Positions 28,157 through 38,309 are shown, counted from the first letter of the stretch. The stretch is 64,000 bases of DNA from an uncultured Bacilli bacterium (GCA_947628435.1 CANQZW010000002.1:18079-82078); one strand, 5' to 3'. The notes: generated by a model not told the origin, from the letters alone. Numbers and translations: made by a program.

Positions 28157-28654
28157 ATGGATATAAAAGGTAATATTAAAAATAAAATAATAAGTACAAA
28201 ACTTAATAAAATAAAAAAAATGGGTTATGATGATGAACAAGCTAAAGCTTTATATGATGCTATGCTAGTTTATCCTCATATAATAGATTTTGTAGATAAA
28301 AGTTATAATGTTTCACAAATAAATGAGGTTTTAGCTTTTTTTAAGCATGAAGATTTATCTAGTATTATGTATCTTAATAATTTAGAACCATCAAAAAGAA
28401 TTCTTATGATAGAAGCTTATAATAAATTTTATAGCTTAAGAGATAATAAAAATGTAGGAACATTTAGACTGTGTTATCAAATTGCATTAGAATATGATGA
28501 AGCTATACTAAGGAAAGTATTAGAAAAATTAATAACTGATAAACCTGATTATGAGTTATTAAATCTAATTAGAAATGCCATGGATCAAAATGTTAGTCTT
28601 TATGATTTAAAAGCTTTTTCATCTTTAAAAGAAGAAAAAAGTAAATCAAAGTAG
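28157..28654 (+). CDS. Hypothetical protein, no recognisable domain
   Basis: 165-aa ORF starting 12 nt after cysS, predicted mostly helical. Occupies the slot where mrnC/rlmB usually follow cysS. Confidence 0.5.
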   Translation: MDIKGNIKNKIISTKLNKIKKMGYDDEQAKALYDAMLVYPHIIDFVDKSYNVSQINEVLAFFKHEDLSSIMYLNNLEPSKRILMIEAYNKFYSLRDNKNVGTFRLCYQIALEYDEAILRKVLEKLITDKPDYELLNLIRNAMDQNVSLYDLKAFSSLKEEKSKSK

Positions 28655-28697
28655 AATAAAAAAACAATTTATAATACATACTATTTTTGGTGATTGT

Positions 28698-29204
28698 ATG
28701 TATTATTTAAATTGTTTTTTTGTATACTCAATTTTTGGTCATGTTCTAGAAACTATTGTTGCCTTAGTTACTCATACAAATTTTAAAAGTGGTATTTTAA
28801 ATGGGTGGTGGACTCCGGTATATGGGATTGGAGCAGTTACTATTTTATTTGTATCTGAGTATTTATTTAAAAATCTTCATATGAATAGAGTTTATGAAAC
28901 AATTATAGTTTTCTTTGTTGTTGCAATAGTTTTATCTACCCTAGAAGCATTAGGTGGTGTATTAATTGAAAAGATATTTGGTGAGGTATTTTGGGATTAT
29001 TCTTCTCAAAAATTTCATATAGGGTATTATATATCACTTGAGATGACGTTAGTATGGGGTTTTGCAAGTGTTATTTTTATATATATAATAAATCCGTTAT
29101 TAAAGGGATTTATAAAAAAAATACCTATTTGGGTAACAATTTTATTAGTTATGTTATTTTTATTTGATTGCACTAAAACTTTTATGGATAAGAAAAGGAT
29201 ATAA
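28698..29204 (+). CDS. DUF1113 / 'ABC-transporter type IV' (CmpB-like) family membrane protein
   Basis: FVYSIFGHVLETIVALV...GILNGWWTPVYGIGAV matches my recollection of the YSF.GW..E...G.LNGP..P.YG.GA pattern. Four to five TM helices. Confidence 0.55.
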   Translation: MYYLNCFFVYSIFGHVLETIVALVTHTNFKSGILNGWWTPVYGIGAVTILFVSEYLFKNLHMNRVYETIIVFFVVAIVLSTLEALGGVLIEKIFGEVFWDYSSQKFHIGYYISLEMTLVWGFASVIFIYIINPLLKGFIKKIPIWVTILLVMLFLFDCTKTFMDKKRI

Positions 29205-29253
29205 TAAAAACTTTAAAATACTAATGATTATCCATTGTTAAATATGTAAAAAA

Positions 29254-29823
29254 TTATAGTATTTTATCAACAAGTCCGTAATTTAGAGCCTCTTTAGCAG
29301 TTAGATAATGGTCTCTTTCGGTATCTTTTTCTATTATTTTAATATCTTTATTGGTTTTTTCGGATAATATTTTATTTAATTTATTTCTTAAATATAAAAT
29401 TCTATCCGCTACTATTTTAATTTCGGTAGCTTGACCACTTACCCCACCAAGAGGTTGATGAATCATTACTTCACTATTTGGTAATATGAATCTTTTTCCT
29501 TTTTTTCCACTAGCAAGTAAAACTGATGCCATTGAAGCAGCCATACCAACGCATATTGTAGATACATCACTTTTTATAAAATTCATTGTGTCATAAATTG
29601 CCATACCTGCTGTAATGCTTCCTCCTGGACTATTTATATATAAACTAATATCACAATGGTTGGTAGAATCTAAAAAAAGTAGTTGTCCAATTACCATGTT
29701 TGCAGCATCATCATCTATTTCTCCGCTTATAAATATAATTCTATCTTTTAATAATCTAGAATATATATCATATACTCTTTCACCATTTTTTGTTTTTTCT
29801 ATAATACTAGGAATTAAGTTCAT
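29254..29823 (-). CDS. clpP: ATP-dependent Clp protease proteolytic subunit
   Basis: [24 protein letters not shown], catalytic [13 protein letters not shown]. Confidence 0.95.
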   Translation of the reverse strand: MNLIPSIIEKTKNGERVYDIYSRLLKDRIIFISGEIDDDAANMVIGQLLFLDSTNHCDISLYINSPGGSITAGMAIYDTMNFIKSDVSTICVGMAASMASVLLASGKKGKRFILPNSEVMIHQPLGGVSGQATEIKIVADRILYLRNKLNKILSEKTNKDIKIIEKDTERDHYLTAKEALNYGLVDKIL

Positions 29824-29945
29824 ATTTTATCACCCTAGTAATATTATGTATAGTAAGTTAGTAAATATTACCTAAAATATTGTGACTTTTTTCAGCATTT
29901 CTGATAAAATATAATATAGTGTGAAGAATAAAGTAGGGTGATGTT

Positions 29946-31604
29946 ATGTCAATTATAAAAATAAACTATAAAGGCAAGGAATTGCAAAAGGAAAAAGGTG
30001 TTTTACTAAGTGATATAAAAAATGAGGTAAAAGACGATTATGAATATGATGTTATTGCGGCATCAGTAAATAATAGATTAACAAGTTTAGATAGTAAGTT
30101 AACTAAAAGCTGTACTGTTGATTTTTTCGATATTACAACTGCTAATGGAATTAAAACTTATGAAAGAGGTATTTTGTTTTTATTTATTAAAGCAGTTAAA
30201 GATTTATTAAATTGTGATGTTAGAATTCTTTATAACGTGGATAATGGAATTTATGTTGAAATTTTAGCAAATAACTTAATTTCGGAAGTAACTGTTGAGA
30301 AAATAAAAATAAGAATGCGAGAGTTATGTGAGCAAGAGCTACCAATAACTAAGATAATGGTCTCTAGAATTGATGCAATTGATTATTTTGAAAAGATAAA
30401 TCAAATGGATAAAGCAAACTCTCTTAGATATATTAGTAATTCTAGTATAAGTCTTTATAAACTTGATGATACTTTGGATTTCTTTTATGGTGTATTACCA
30501 GATAATACAAAGGTATTAAACAAATATAATGTTAAGTTTTTAAAAGATAATAAAGTTATTTTAATGATACCTAACTATAATAATGTATCTGATTTTGAAA
30601 ATGTAAAATTAAATAAGAATGATAAACTAATAGAAGCTGTTGAAAAAAATTATTCTTATTTGAATAGTTTGGAAATTAGTACGTCAGTTGAACTTAATCG
30701 CATGATATCAACGGGAGATTATTCTGATTTAATAAGAATTAGTGAATCAATTCAAAATAATGAACTATTTAATATTGCGGATAAAATAAGTAAAGATAAA
30801 GATTTAAAAGTAGTCTTGATAACAGGGCCTTCATCATCTGGTAAAACTACTATTTCTAAGAAATTAACGTTATTTTTAAGAAGTAAAGGAATAAAACCAT
30901 TGCCAATATCGATTGATGATTTTTATACGAACCTTGATGAAAGGGTTTTAGATGAAAATGGCGAACCGGAAAAGGAAAGAATACAAGCGATTGATACTAA
31001 TCAATTTAATAAAAAAATATCAGAATTATTAAATGGAAAAGAAGTAAAATTACCTAAGTATGATTTTATAACTGGTAAACAAAAAATAAGTGATGTTAGT
31101 ACAAAAATGAGTGAGAAAAGTGTTTTGATTATTGAGGGTATACATGCTTTTAATGAGCAATTAACTGAGATGATTCCAGATAAAAATAAATTTAAAATAT
31201 ACATATGTCCCTTAACTCCTTTGGGTATTGATAATCATAACAGATTTAAGTCAACTGATAACAGATTATTAAGAAGAATAGTGCGTGATAATATGTCGCG
31301 TGGTGCATCAGCATCTGTAACCTTACAGGTATGGAAAAACGTAAGAAAGGCAGAAGAAGAGATGCTTATGCCATACGTTAAAGATGCTAATTATGTTCTT
31401 AATACGTCGTTAGCTTACGAATTGGGTGTACTAAAAACTTATGCAGAGCCACTTTTATTTTCTGTATCAGAAGATGATCCTAATTATGATGAGGCTTTAA
31501 GGTTAATAAATTTATTTAGAGTAATACTTGGTATGCCAAGTGATAATGTTCCAAATGATTCGATAATAAGAGAATTTATTGGTGGTAGTTGTTTTAAAGA
31601 TTAA
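29946..31604 (+). CDS. Uridine-kinase-family nucleoside kinase fused to N-terminal TGS/ThrRS-SAD-like domains
   Basis: 552 aa. P-loop ITGPSSSGKTT and the C-terminal half DNRLLRRIVRDN resemble Udk. The N-terminal roughly 250 aa resembles the ThrRS N-terminal additional domains. Confidence 0.7.
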   Translation: MSIIKINYKGKELQKEKGVLLSDIKNEVKDDYEYDVIAASVNNRLTSLDSKLTKSCTVDFFDITTANGIKTYERGILFLFIKAVKDLLNCDVRILYNVDNGIYVEILANNLISEVTVEKIKIRMRELCEQELPITKIMVSRIDAIDYFEKINQMDKANSLRYISNSSISLYKLDDTLDFFYGVLPDNTKVLNKYNVKFLKDNKVILMIPNYNNVSDFENVKLNKNDKLIEAVEKNYSYLNSLEISTSVELNRMISTGDYSDLIRISESIQNNELFNIADKISKDKDLKVVLITGPSSSGKTTISKKLTLFLRSKGIKPLPISIDDFYTNLDERVLDENGEPEKERIQAIDTNQFNKKISELLNGKEVKLPKYDFITGKQKISDVSTKMSEKSVLIIEGIHAFNEQLTEMIPDKNKFKIYICPLTPLGIDNHNRFKSTDNRLLRRIVRDNMSRGASASVTLQVWKNVRKAEEEMLMPYVKDANYVLNTSLAYELGVLKTYAEPLLFSVSEDDPNYDEALRLINLFRVILGMPSDNVPNDSIIREFIGGSCFKD

Positions 31605-31638
31605 CAAATGTTACAATATATAAGTAGGAGATGATAAA

Positions 31639-32646
31639 ATGGCAATTAAAGTTGCAATAAATGGTTTTGGAAGAATAGGAAGGTTAGTATTTAGATTAAT
31701 GCAAGAAGATCCTAGTTTTGATGTTGTTGCTATAAATGATTTAACTGATGCTGCACAACTTGCGTACTTACTTAAATATGATACATCTCATAGAAGATAT
31801 AAAACTAACAGCATATCTAATGATGATAGTAATATAATTATAAATGATAAAAAAATAAAAATATATAGTGAAGAAGATCCCTGTATGTTACCATGGGCGG
31901 ATCTTGGTATAGATGTTGTATTTGAATGTACTGGATTTTTTACAAGTAAGGAAAAGTCTTATGCTCATATAAAGGCTGGTGCTAAAAAAGTAATTATTTC
32001 AGCGCCTGCTAAGGGAGATTTAAAAACGATTGTTTATAATGTTAATCATGAAGATTTAACGGGAGATGAGACAATAATAAGTGCAGCAAGTTGTACAACT
32101 AATTGTTTGGCACCGGTAATGAAGCTATTGTGTGATAATTATGGTGTAGAAAAAGGATTTATGACAACAATTCATGCTTATACTAATGATCAAGCAACGT
32201 TAGATGTAGCTCATAAAAAAGGTTATATGGCAAGACGTGGAAGAGCAGCTGCTGCAAATATTGTTCCAGCATCAACTGGTGCGGCTAGTGCAATAGGTCT
32301 TGTAATACCACAATTAAAAGGTAAATTAGATGGTACTGCAATGCGTGTTCCCGTTACTACTGGATCTGTTATTGATTTAACGTTAGAACTTAAAGAAAAA
32401 GTAACGAAAGATCAAATTAATGATTTGTTTAAAAACAATCAAACTCAAACTATTATGTATACTGAAGATCCAATAGTATCTAGTGATATAATTGGTATGG
32501 AATGTGGTGCTTTAGTAGATGGTTTACTAACAAACATAATAGAAGTTGATGGTAAACAATTAGTTAAGATTGTAGCTTGGTATGATAATGAAATGAGTTA
32601 TTCCGCACAAATGGTAAGGACTGCTAAATACTTTGCAAATAAATAA
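31639..32646 (+). CDS. gap: Type I glyceraldehyde-3-phosphate dehydrogenase
   Basis: INGFGRIGR, active-site [14 protein letters not shown]. Candidate promoter TTGTTT-17-TACAAT (31589-31617). Confidence 0.95.
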   Translation: MAIKVAINGFGRIGRLVFRLMQEDPSFDVVAINDLTDAAQLAYLLKYDTSHRRYKTNSISNDDSNIIINDKKIKIYSEEDPCMLPWADLGIDVVFECTGFFTSKEKSYAHIKAGAKKVIISAPAKGDLKTIVYNVNHEDLTGDETIISAASCTTNCLAPVMKLLCDNYGVEKGFMTTIHAYTNDQATLDVAHKKGYMARRGRAAAANIVPASTGAASAIGLVIPQLKGKLDGTAMRVPVTTGSVIDLTLELKEKVTKDQINDLFKNNQTQTIMYTEDPIVSSDIIGMECGALVDGLLTNIIEVDGKQLVKIVAWYDNEMSYSAQMVRTAKYFANK

Positions 32647-32650
32647 AATG

Positions 32651-32675
32651 CTAGTTTAAAAAACTAGGTTTTTTT
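32651..32675 (+). terminator. Rho-independent terminator after gap
   Basis: CTAGTTT aaa AAACTAG, followed by GTTTTTTT. Confidence 0.65.
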
Positions 32676-32731
32676 ATATGATTCATGATATAATACTTTA
32701 TAGATAAATGGTGGTGATAAAGGTGAACGAT

Positions 32732-34033
32732 ATGGATTATTCTACTGATGTTGAATATGAAACAAAAGAAAAGAAAAAATTTCAGATAACTCGTGGTATG
32801 GTTATTTTAGCTGTATTAGCACTAATTATTTTAATTGTAATAATAATAGTTATAGTAAAAAAAGTATCATCTAATAACGCTAATAAATATAGTATAGAGG
32901 ATTTTCAAAAATTAGAAGGTAGAATGATAGAAGAAGCACCAACTTACATATCACAAAATCAAATGGTTTTAACGGATAAGGAAGTTAAAATAGATTTAAA
33001 AGATTTATTAGTAGAAAACGGAGGCTTTATTGATCCTAATAAAGTTAAGGCCGCTAAGGTGTGCGATGGGTATGTTTTAGCATCTAAACAGGATAAAGAA
33101 AATTATTCATCATATATAAAGTGTGGTAATATGTATACTACTAAAGGATATTCTAGCTCCTTAAAAGATAATAAAACAACAACGACTTCTTCTGTTGCTG
33201 ATAAAATCAATCCAACGATTACTTTAATAGGTGAAAGTGAAATAACTATAAGTATTGGAGATACCTTTAATGATCCAGGCGCAAAAGCAGTTGATAATAT
33301 TGATGGAGATATAACGTCTAAAATAAAAACAAATGGTAGTGTTGATACTAAAAATGTAGGGACTTATATTATTACTTATGAAGTAGAGGATAACGCTAAA
33401 AATAAATCTAATATTAAAAGAACCGTTAATGTTATTGCCAGGTCAACAACAGCAGTAACCACTACAACAAAAGCTATTAAAACAACGAAAGCAACAACGA
33501 AAAAAACTAATCCTCCTAGGCAAACAACAACAGCAAGAAAACCAATGGCATCTCCTGTGATAACTTTGTATGGTAGTAAGACTGTTACTATTAATGTTGG
33601 AGGTAGATATACTGATCCAGGCTATTCAGCGGTAGATTCGTTAGGAAAAAGCATAACAGGTCTTGTAAAGGTTTCAGGAAACGTAAATACGACTACACCA
33701 GGAACATATTATATAACTTATCAAGTTACGGATGAATATGGAAATAAAGCTAGTGCATCAAGAATAATAATTGTAAAATCTACGTCTGTTGCTTTAAGTG
33801 GTATTCAGTTATCTCCTAATACCCTTGATATGAAACCTGGGCAAAACAGTAAGTTAACCGTATTTTTTAATCCTACTAATGCGACGGATAAAACTATTAC
33901 TTGGAGTAGTAGTAATAATTCGATTGCAACCGTAAGTAATGGTACGGTTTATGCAAAATCAAGGGGTACTGCTGTTATAACAGCAAGAGCCTCAAATGGT
34001 AAAACAGCAAGTGCAAGAGTAACTGTTAAATAG
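32732..34033 (+). CDS. Membrane-anchored surface protein: 2 x DUF5011-type Ig-like domains, T-rich linker, Big_2 domain
   Basis: ATG 32732 behind GGTGGTGATAAAGGTG (track start is 32708). TM helix ILAVLALIILIVIIIVIV. Repeats P.ITL.G....I..G..F.DPG..A.D..DG.IT...; C-terminal LSPNTLDMKPGQ...ITWSSSNNSIATVS (Big_2). Confidence 0.7.
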   Translation: MDYSTDVEYETKEKKKFQITRGMVILAVLALIILIVIIIVIVKKVSSNNANKYSIEDFQKLEGRMIEEAPTYISQNQMVLTDKEVKIDLKDLLVENGGFIDPNKVKAAKVCDGYVLASKQDKENYSSYIKCGNMYTTKGYSSSLKDNKTTTTSSVADKINPTITLIGESEITISIGDTFNDPGAKAVDNIDGDITSKIKTNGSVDTKNVGTYIITYEVEDNAKNKSNIKRTVNVIARSTTAVTTTTKAIKTTKATTKKTNPPRQTTTARKPMASPVITLYGSKTVTINVGGRYTDPGYSAVDSLGKSITGLVKVSGNVNTTTPGTYYITYQVTDEYGNKASASRIIIVKSTSVALSGIQLSPNTLDMKPGQNSKLTVFFNPTNATDKTITWSSSNNSIATVSNGTVYAKSRGTAVITARASNGKTASARVTVK

Positions 34034-34054
34034 GAATTTATTTCCTATTTTTTT
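34031..34054 (+). terminator. Rho-independent terminator
   Basis: TAGGAA tttat TTCCTA, followed by TTTTTTT. Confidence 0.6.
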
Positions 34055-34061
34055 CTTATCA

Positions 34062-34070
34062 TGTTATAAT
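34062..34070 (+). promoter_or_regulatory. Extended -10 (TGTTATAAT) for the pgk operon
   Basis: TGnTATAAT lies 17 nt upstream of ATG 34088, with a GGAGGA Shine-Dalgarno between them. Confidence 0.5.
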
Positions 34071-34087
34071 TACTTTGGAGGATAAAA

Positions 34088-35272
34088 ATGAAGAAGACAA
34101 TAAGGGATTTTAATTTATCTAATAAAAAGGTAATAATAAGATGTGATCTTAACGTACCTTTAAAAGATGGAGTTATCTTAGATGATAATAGAATAAAAAA
34201 AAGTTTAGAAACAATAAATTATGCAATTAATAATAATGCTAAAGTAATTATATTATCTCATTTAGGAAGGGTAAAAACAGAAGAAGATAAGGCTAGTAAC
34301 TCTTTATATCCTGTTTCTATAAGATTAAAAGAATTATTAAAGCGAGATGTTATATTTATAAATGAAACTCGTGGAAGCGTGCTCGAAAATGCTATTAGTA
34401 ATATGAACCCCAAAGATGTTATTTTAGTTGAAAATACAAGATATGAGGATGTTTTAGATAAAAAAGAAAGTAATAATAATGAAGAACTTGCAAAATATTG
34501 GGCAAGTTTAGCAGATATATTTATAAATGATGCTTTTGGAACTTCGCATCGTAATCATGCTTCAAATGTTGGAATTGCTAGTTATTTACCATCAGGTATC
34601 GGTTTTTTAGTTGAAAAAGAAATTAATATGTTAGGTGATTTGCTTAATTCTCCTAAAAGACCATACGTAGTTATTATGGGTGGTGCAAAAATGAATGATA
34701 AAATAAAAATAATTGATAAATTAGCTGCTAAAGCCGATTATATTTTACTAGGTGGTGGTATTGCAAATACTTTTCTTACTGCCAAAGGATACGACCTTAA
34801 ACAGTCGGTTTATGATAAGCAGAGTATTGATGTTGCAAAAGATATGCTAAATAAATATGCTAATAAAATAGTTTTACCAGAAGATGGGTACGGATCATTA
34901 GAATATAAAGATGATATAGATGTTTTTTACAGTAGTATAAATAACGTTGCATTAAATACAATGCTTTTAGATATTGGTCCAAAAAGTATAGAGTTGTTTT
35001 CGAAATATATAAATCAAGCAAAAACTATTTTTTGGAATGGACCCGTTGGTGTTTGCGAATTTAAAAATTTTGAATATGGTACGAAAAGCATTTGCGAATT
35101 ATTAAAAAATAGTGGTGCAACCGTTGTTGTTGGGGGTGGTGATTCTGCTGCCGCTGCAATAAGGTTTGGTTATGAAAATGCATTTTCACACGTATCAACA
35201 GGAGGCGGAGCATCTCTTGAATTTATAGAGAAAAAAAGTTTGCCAGCAATAGAAGTAATAGATGAAAAATAG
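34088..35272 (+). CDS. pgk: Phosphoglycerate kinase
   Basis: RCDLNVP, ILSHLGR, NDAFGTSHR, GGAK...DKI, GGGDSAAA. Confidence 0.95.
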   Translation: MKKTIRDFNLSNKKVIIRCDLNVPLKDGVILDDNRIKKSLETINYAINNNAKVIILSHLGRVKTEEDKASNSLYPVSIRLKELLKRDVIFINETRGSVLENAISNMNPKDVILVENTRYEDVLDKKESNNNEELAKYWASLADIFINDAFGTSHRNHASNVGIASYLPSGIGFLVEKEINMLGDLLNSPKRPYVVIMGGAKMNDKIKIIDKLAAKADYILLGGGIANTFLTAKGYDLKQSVYDKQSIDVAKDMLNKYANKIVLPEDGYGSLEYKDDIDVFYSSINNVALNTMLLDIGPKSIELFSKYINQAKTIFWNGPVGVCEFKNFEYGTKSICELLKNSGATVVVGGGDSAAAAIRFGYENAFSHVSTGGGASLEFIEKKSLPAIEVIDEK

Positions 35273-35279
35273 GTGTAGT

Positions 35280-36290
35280 ATGAATAATAAAAAAATTAAT
35301 ATAATTATACTTGTAATTGCCATAATATTAGTATTTTATTTTACTTTAAAAGATAATTTTTTAGATATTATAAAAGAGTTATCAAAGGTTAACGTTTTAA
35401 TATTTATTGTTGCTATTTTAATATTTATTTTATCTTTATGGTTTAAATCTTTAAGTCTTCATTTATTTATTAAAGAGCAAAATAAAAAGTATAAGCTAAA
35501 AAAAACCTTTGAGCTAACATTAATATCTCAGTTTTTAAATGGTATTACACCTTTTCAATCAGGTGGACAACCTTTTGAAATTTACTTATTAAAAAAAGAT
35601 GGAGTAAGAATAAGTGATTCTACTGGCGCAATGATAAAAGATTTTATTTCGTTTCAAATTGCCCTTATATTATTTGGTGTGATCTCAATAATTATAAATT
35701 CATATTTAAACATAATTCCATACAAATCTAAACTAATACTGGTTATAGCACTTGGTTTTTTTATAAATGTTATAGTACTTATATTCTTGATACTTACAGT
35801 AAATGCAAAAAAGTTTTCTATTAAATTAGTTAATAAATTATTAAATTTTATATCAAAGTTAAGTAAAAGGATTAATATAAATAAAAGTAAAATAAATGAT
35901 GGATTAATTAATTTTTATAATTGTGCTAGTGATCTTAAAAAAAATAAGAAATATTTTATTTTGGCTATTACAACTAATTTAATTAATCTTTGTCTTTTAT
36001 ATACTGTTCCTTTTATAATTTTTAAATCAATGAATTATAATGATATTAGTATATTAGTATCAATCGTTTTAACGTCGTTTGTTATGCTAATCGGTAATTT
36101 TGTACCTATACCAGGTGCAACCGGGGGAATAGAATATGGTTTTATTAGCTTTTTTAGTAGGCTAAATATTAGCTTTCCAGTTTTATCTGGAGCTATGTTG
36201 TTATGGCGTTTTGTTACTTATTTTTTTGGTATGTTTATTGGTTTTATTTCTTTGCTTTTAAGAAAAGGAGTTGATAAAAAATGCGTATAG
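35280..36290 (+). CDS. UPF0104 / lysyl-PG-synthase-TM ('flippase-like') family membrane protein
   Basis: Eight or more TM helices. FLNGITPFQSGGQPFEIYLLKKDGV is typical of the family. Alternative start 35262 overlaps the pgk stop. Confidence 0.65.
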   Translation: MNNKKINIIILVIAIILVFYFTLKDNFLDIIKELSKVNVLIFIVAILIFILSLWFKSLSLHLFIKEQNKKYKLKKTFELTLISQFLNGITPFQSGGQPFEIYLLKKDGVRISDSTGAMIKDFISFQIALILFGVISIIINSYLNIIPYKSKLILVIALGFFINVIVLIFLILTVNAKKFSIKLVNKLLNFISKLSKRININKSKINDGLINFYNCASDLKKNKKYFILAITTNLINLCLLYTVPFIIFKSMNYNDISILVSIVLTSFVMLIGNFVPIPGATGGIEYGFISFFSRLNISFPVLSGAMLLWRFVTYFFGMFIGFISLLLRKGVDKKCV

Positions 36291-37513
36291 GACTTTTTAC
36301 AGATACTTATCCACCATATATAAATGGTGTTTCTACTAGCGTATTAATGTTAAAACAAGGATTAGAAAGTTTGGGGCATGAAGTATATGTTGTTACTGTT
36401 AATAGTGAGAATTTTCATTATAAAAAAGAAGATAACGTATTGATGATTCCCGGGGTTCCAATTGGAATATATGACTTTAGAATGACTAGCTTATATCCTT
36501 TAAAAGCACAAAAAATAATTAAAAGTTGGAATCTTGATGTTATTCATACGCATACTGAGTTTGCGGTTGGATCTTTTGCAAGATTAATAGCAAAGCAATA
36601 TAATATTCCTTTAGTTCACACGTATCATACGATGTATGAAGAGTATATATATTATATAACCAAAGGATATTTTGATGGTGCATCAAAAAAATTGGTTGAG
36701 TATTTAACTTTGTTTTTATGTGATAAAACGGTTGAAGAACTTATTGTTCCAACTAAAAAAACATATGATTTATTTAAGGAAAAGTATAAGGTAAAAAGGG
36801 ATGTACATATAATTCCAAGTGGAATAGATGTAACTAGATTTTATAAAGAAAACGTAGATAAAAAAGATGTTATTGAATTAAAAAAAGAATTAAATATTAA
36901 AAAAGATGATTTTGTAATTTTATATGTAGGAAGAATAGCTAAAGAAAAAAGTATTGATTTTTTAATTAAAAATTTAAAGGATATAATAAAAATAATTCCA
37001 AAAGCAAGAATGATAATAGTTGGTGATGGACCTGATGTTAATGATCTTGTAACATTTGCACATAAAAATAAACTTGATAATAAAGTTACTTTTACGGGTA
37101 AAGTACCATGGAGTGATGTATGTAAATATTATCAATTAGCAGATGTTTTTACAACTGCATCTAAAACAGAAACTCAAGGATTAACAGTAATAGAAGCAAT
37201 GGCAGCAGAAAAACCAGTAGTTGCTATAAAAGATGAGAGTTTCGAACTTGTTATGACTGATAAACAAGATGGTTTGTTTTTTGAAACTGACAAGCAATAT
37301 CAAGATTTAATTATAAAATTATATAAGAATAAGGATTATAGTAAGATGATTGCTAAGCAAGCAAGAATAACTGCTAATTCATATAATCCTACGGTATATG
37401 CAAAAAGAGTACTTGAGGTTTATCAAAAGGTTGTAAATAAAGATACCAATGTTTTGAAGAAAACTATTCATGGTGTAAAAAAGGTATTTACAAAAATTGG
37501 TGATAAGAAATGA
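36281..37513 (+). CDS. GT4 glycosyltransferase, diacylglycerol glucosyltransferase-like (glycolipid synthase type)
   Basis: MRIGLFTDTYPPYINGVSTSV N-terminus and a TETQGLTVIEAMAAEKPVV EX7E motif. Overlaps the upstream gene by 10 nt. Confidence 0.8.
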   Translation: MRIGLFTDTYPPYINGVSTSVLMLKQGLESLGHEVYVVTVNSENFHYKKEDNVLMIPGVPIGIYDFRMTSLYPLKAQKIIKSWNLDVIHTHTEFAVGSFARLIAKQYNIPLVHTYHTMYEEYIYYITKGYFDGASKKLVEYLTLFLCDKTVEELIVPTKKTYDLFKEKYKVKRDVHIIPSGIDVTRFYKENVDKKDVIELKKELNIKKDDFVILYVGRIAKEKSIDFLIKNLKDIIKIIPKARMIIVGDGPDVNDLVTFAHKNKLDNKVTFTGKVPWSDVCKYYQLADVFTTASKTETQGLTVIEAMAAEKPVVAIKDESFELVMTDKQDGLFFETDKQYQDLIIKLYKNKDYSKMIAKQARITANSYNPTVYAKRVLEVYQKVVNKDTNVLKKTIHGVKKVFTKIGDKK

Positions 37514-38217
37514 AAAAAATTTTAGTTTGTAATCAAAAAATGTATTTAACTTATGATGAGGCTAAAGTATTAAAGAATCAAATGGATACTTTAGATATAG
37601 AAAACGTTGATTTAATAGTTTGTCCAAGTTACTTAAATTATGAAATATTTAATGGATATAATCTTGGTGCTCAAGATGCCTTTTATGAAGATAAAGGTGC
37701 TTTTACAGGAAAAATATCAGCCTATGATTTATCTTTTAGGGGAATAAAATTTTGTTTAGTTGGGCATTCTGAAATAAGAGACATAGATAATGATGAGGTG
37801 GTTAATCTAAAACTAAAAGCAGTTTTAAAAAATTCAATGATACCAATTTTATGCGTTGGAGAAACAAAATTAGATAAAGAATTAAGAAGAACTGCTGAGG
37901 TAATAAAAAAACAACTTGAAGTTGCTTTAAAAAATATTAATTTAAATGAGTATGACTCTTTATATATAGCTTATGAACCAAGATATTTAATAGGTGGAAA
38001 AAATACTTTGTCAAAAGATGATATTATAGATGTTATAAATTATATAAAAAAGATTATAGATTTTATGGGAATAAAAAAATATAAGCTTTTATATGGTGGT
38101 GCTATTTCATCAGAAAATATAAAAGAAATAGATTGTGAATATTTAGATGGCTATTTATTAGGTAATTCTTGTGTTTCTTTTGAAGAGTTAAAAAAAATAA
38201 TAGAGTGTATAAAATAG
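37510..38217 (+). CDS. tpiA: Triose-phosphate isomerase (divergent)
   Basis: NQKM (for NWKM), GAFTGKIS, VGHSEIR, CVGET, AYEPRYLIGG (for YEPvWAIGTG), LLYGG. ATGA overlap with the GT4 stop. Confidence 0.75.
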   Translation: MKKILVCNQKMYLTYDEAKVLKNQMDTLDIENVDLIVCPSYLNYEIFNGYNLGAQDAFYEDKGAFTGKISAYDLSFRGIKFCLVGHSEIRDIDNDEVVNLKLKAVLKNSMIPILCVGETKLDKELRRTAEVIKKQLEVALKNINLNEYDSLYIAYEPRYLIGGKNTLSKDDIIDVINYIKKIIDFMGIKKYKLLYGGAISSENIKEIDCEYLDGYLLGNSCVSFEELKKIIECIK

Positions 38218-38224
38218 TGTAAAG

Positions 38225-38253
38225 AAGAATAAATTTCAACAATTTATTCTTTT
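38225..38253 (+). terminator. Rho-independent terminator after tpiA
   Basis: AAGAATAAATT tcaac AATTTATTCTT, followed by TT(C). Confidence 0.55.
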
Positions 38254-38309
38254 CAATTGATTTAAAATTGTGTTATGCTATTTTTGTAAGGGTAGGAGGG
38301 ATTAGTTTT

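Noticed and set aside
29824-29945. Searched the clpP (and clpC, 24350-24409) upstream regions for a CtsR operator (GGTCAAA direct repeat)
   Set aside because: Only a poor partial match was found (AGTCACA on the minus strand near 29890), with no tandem heptad.
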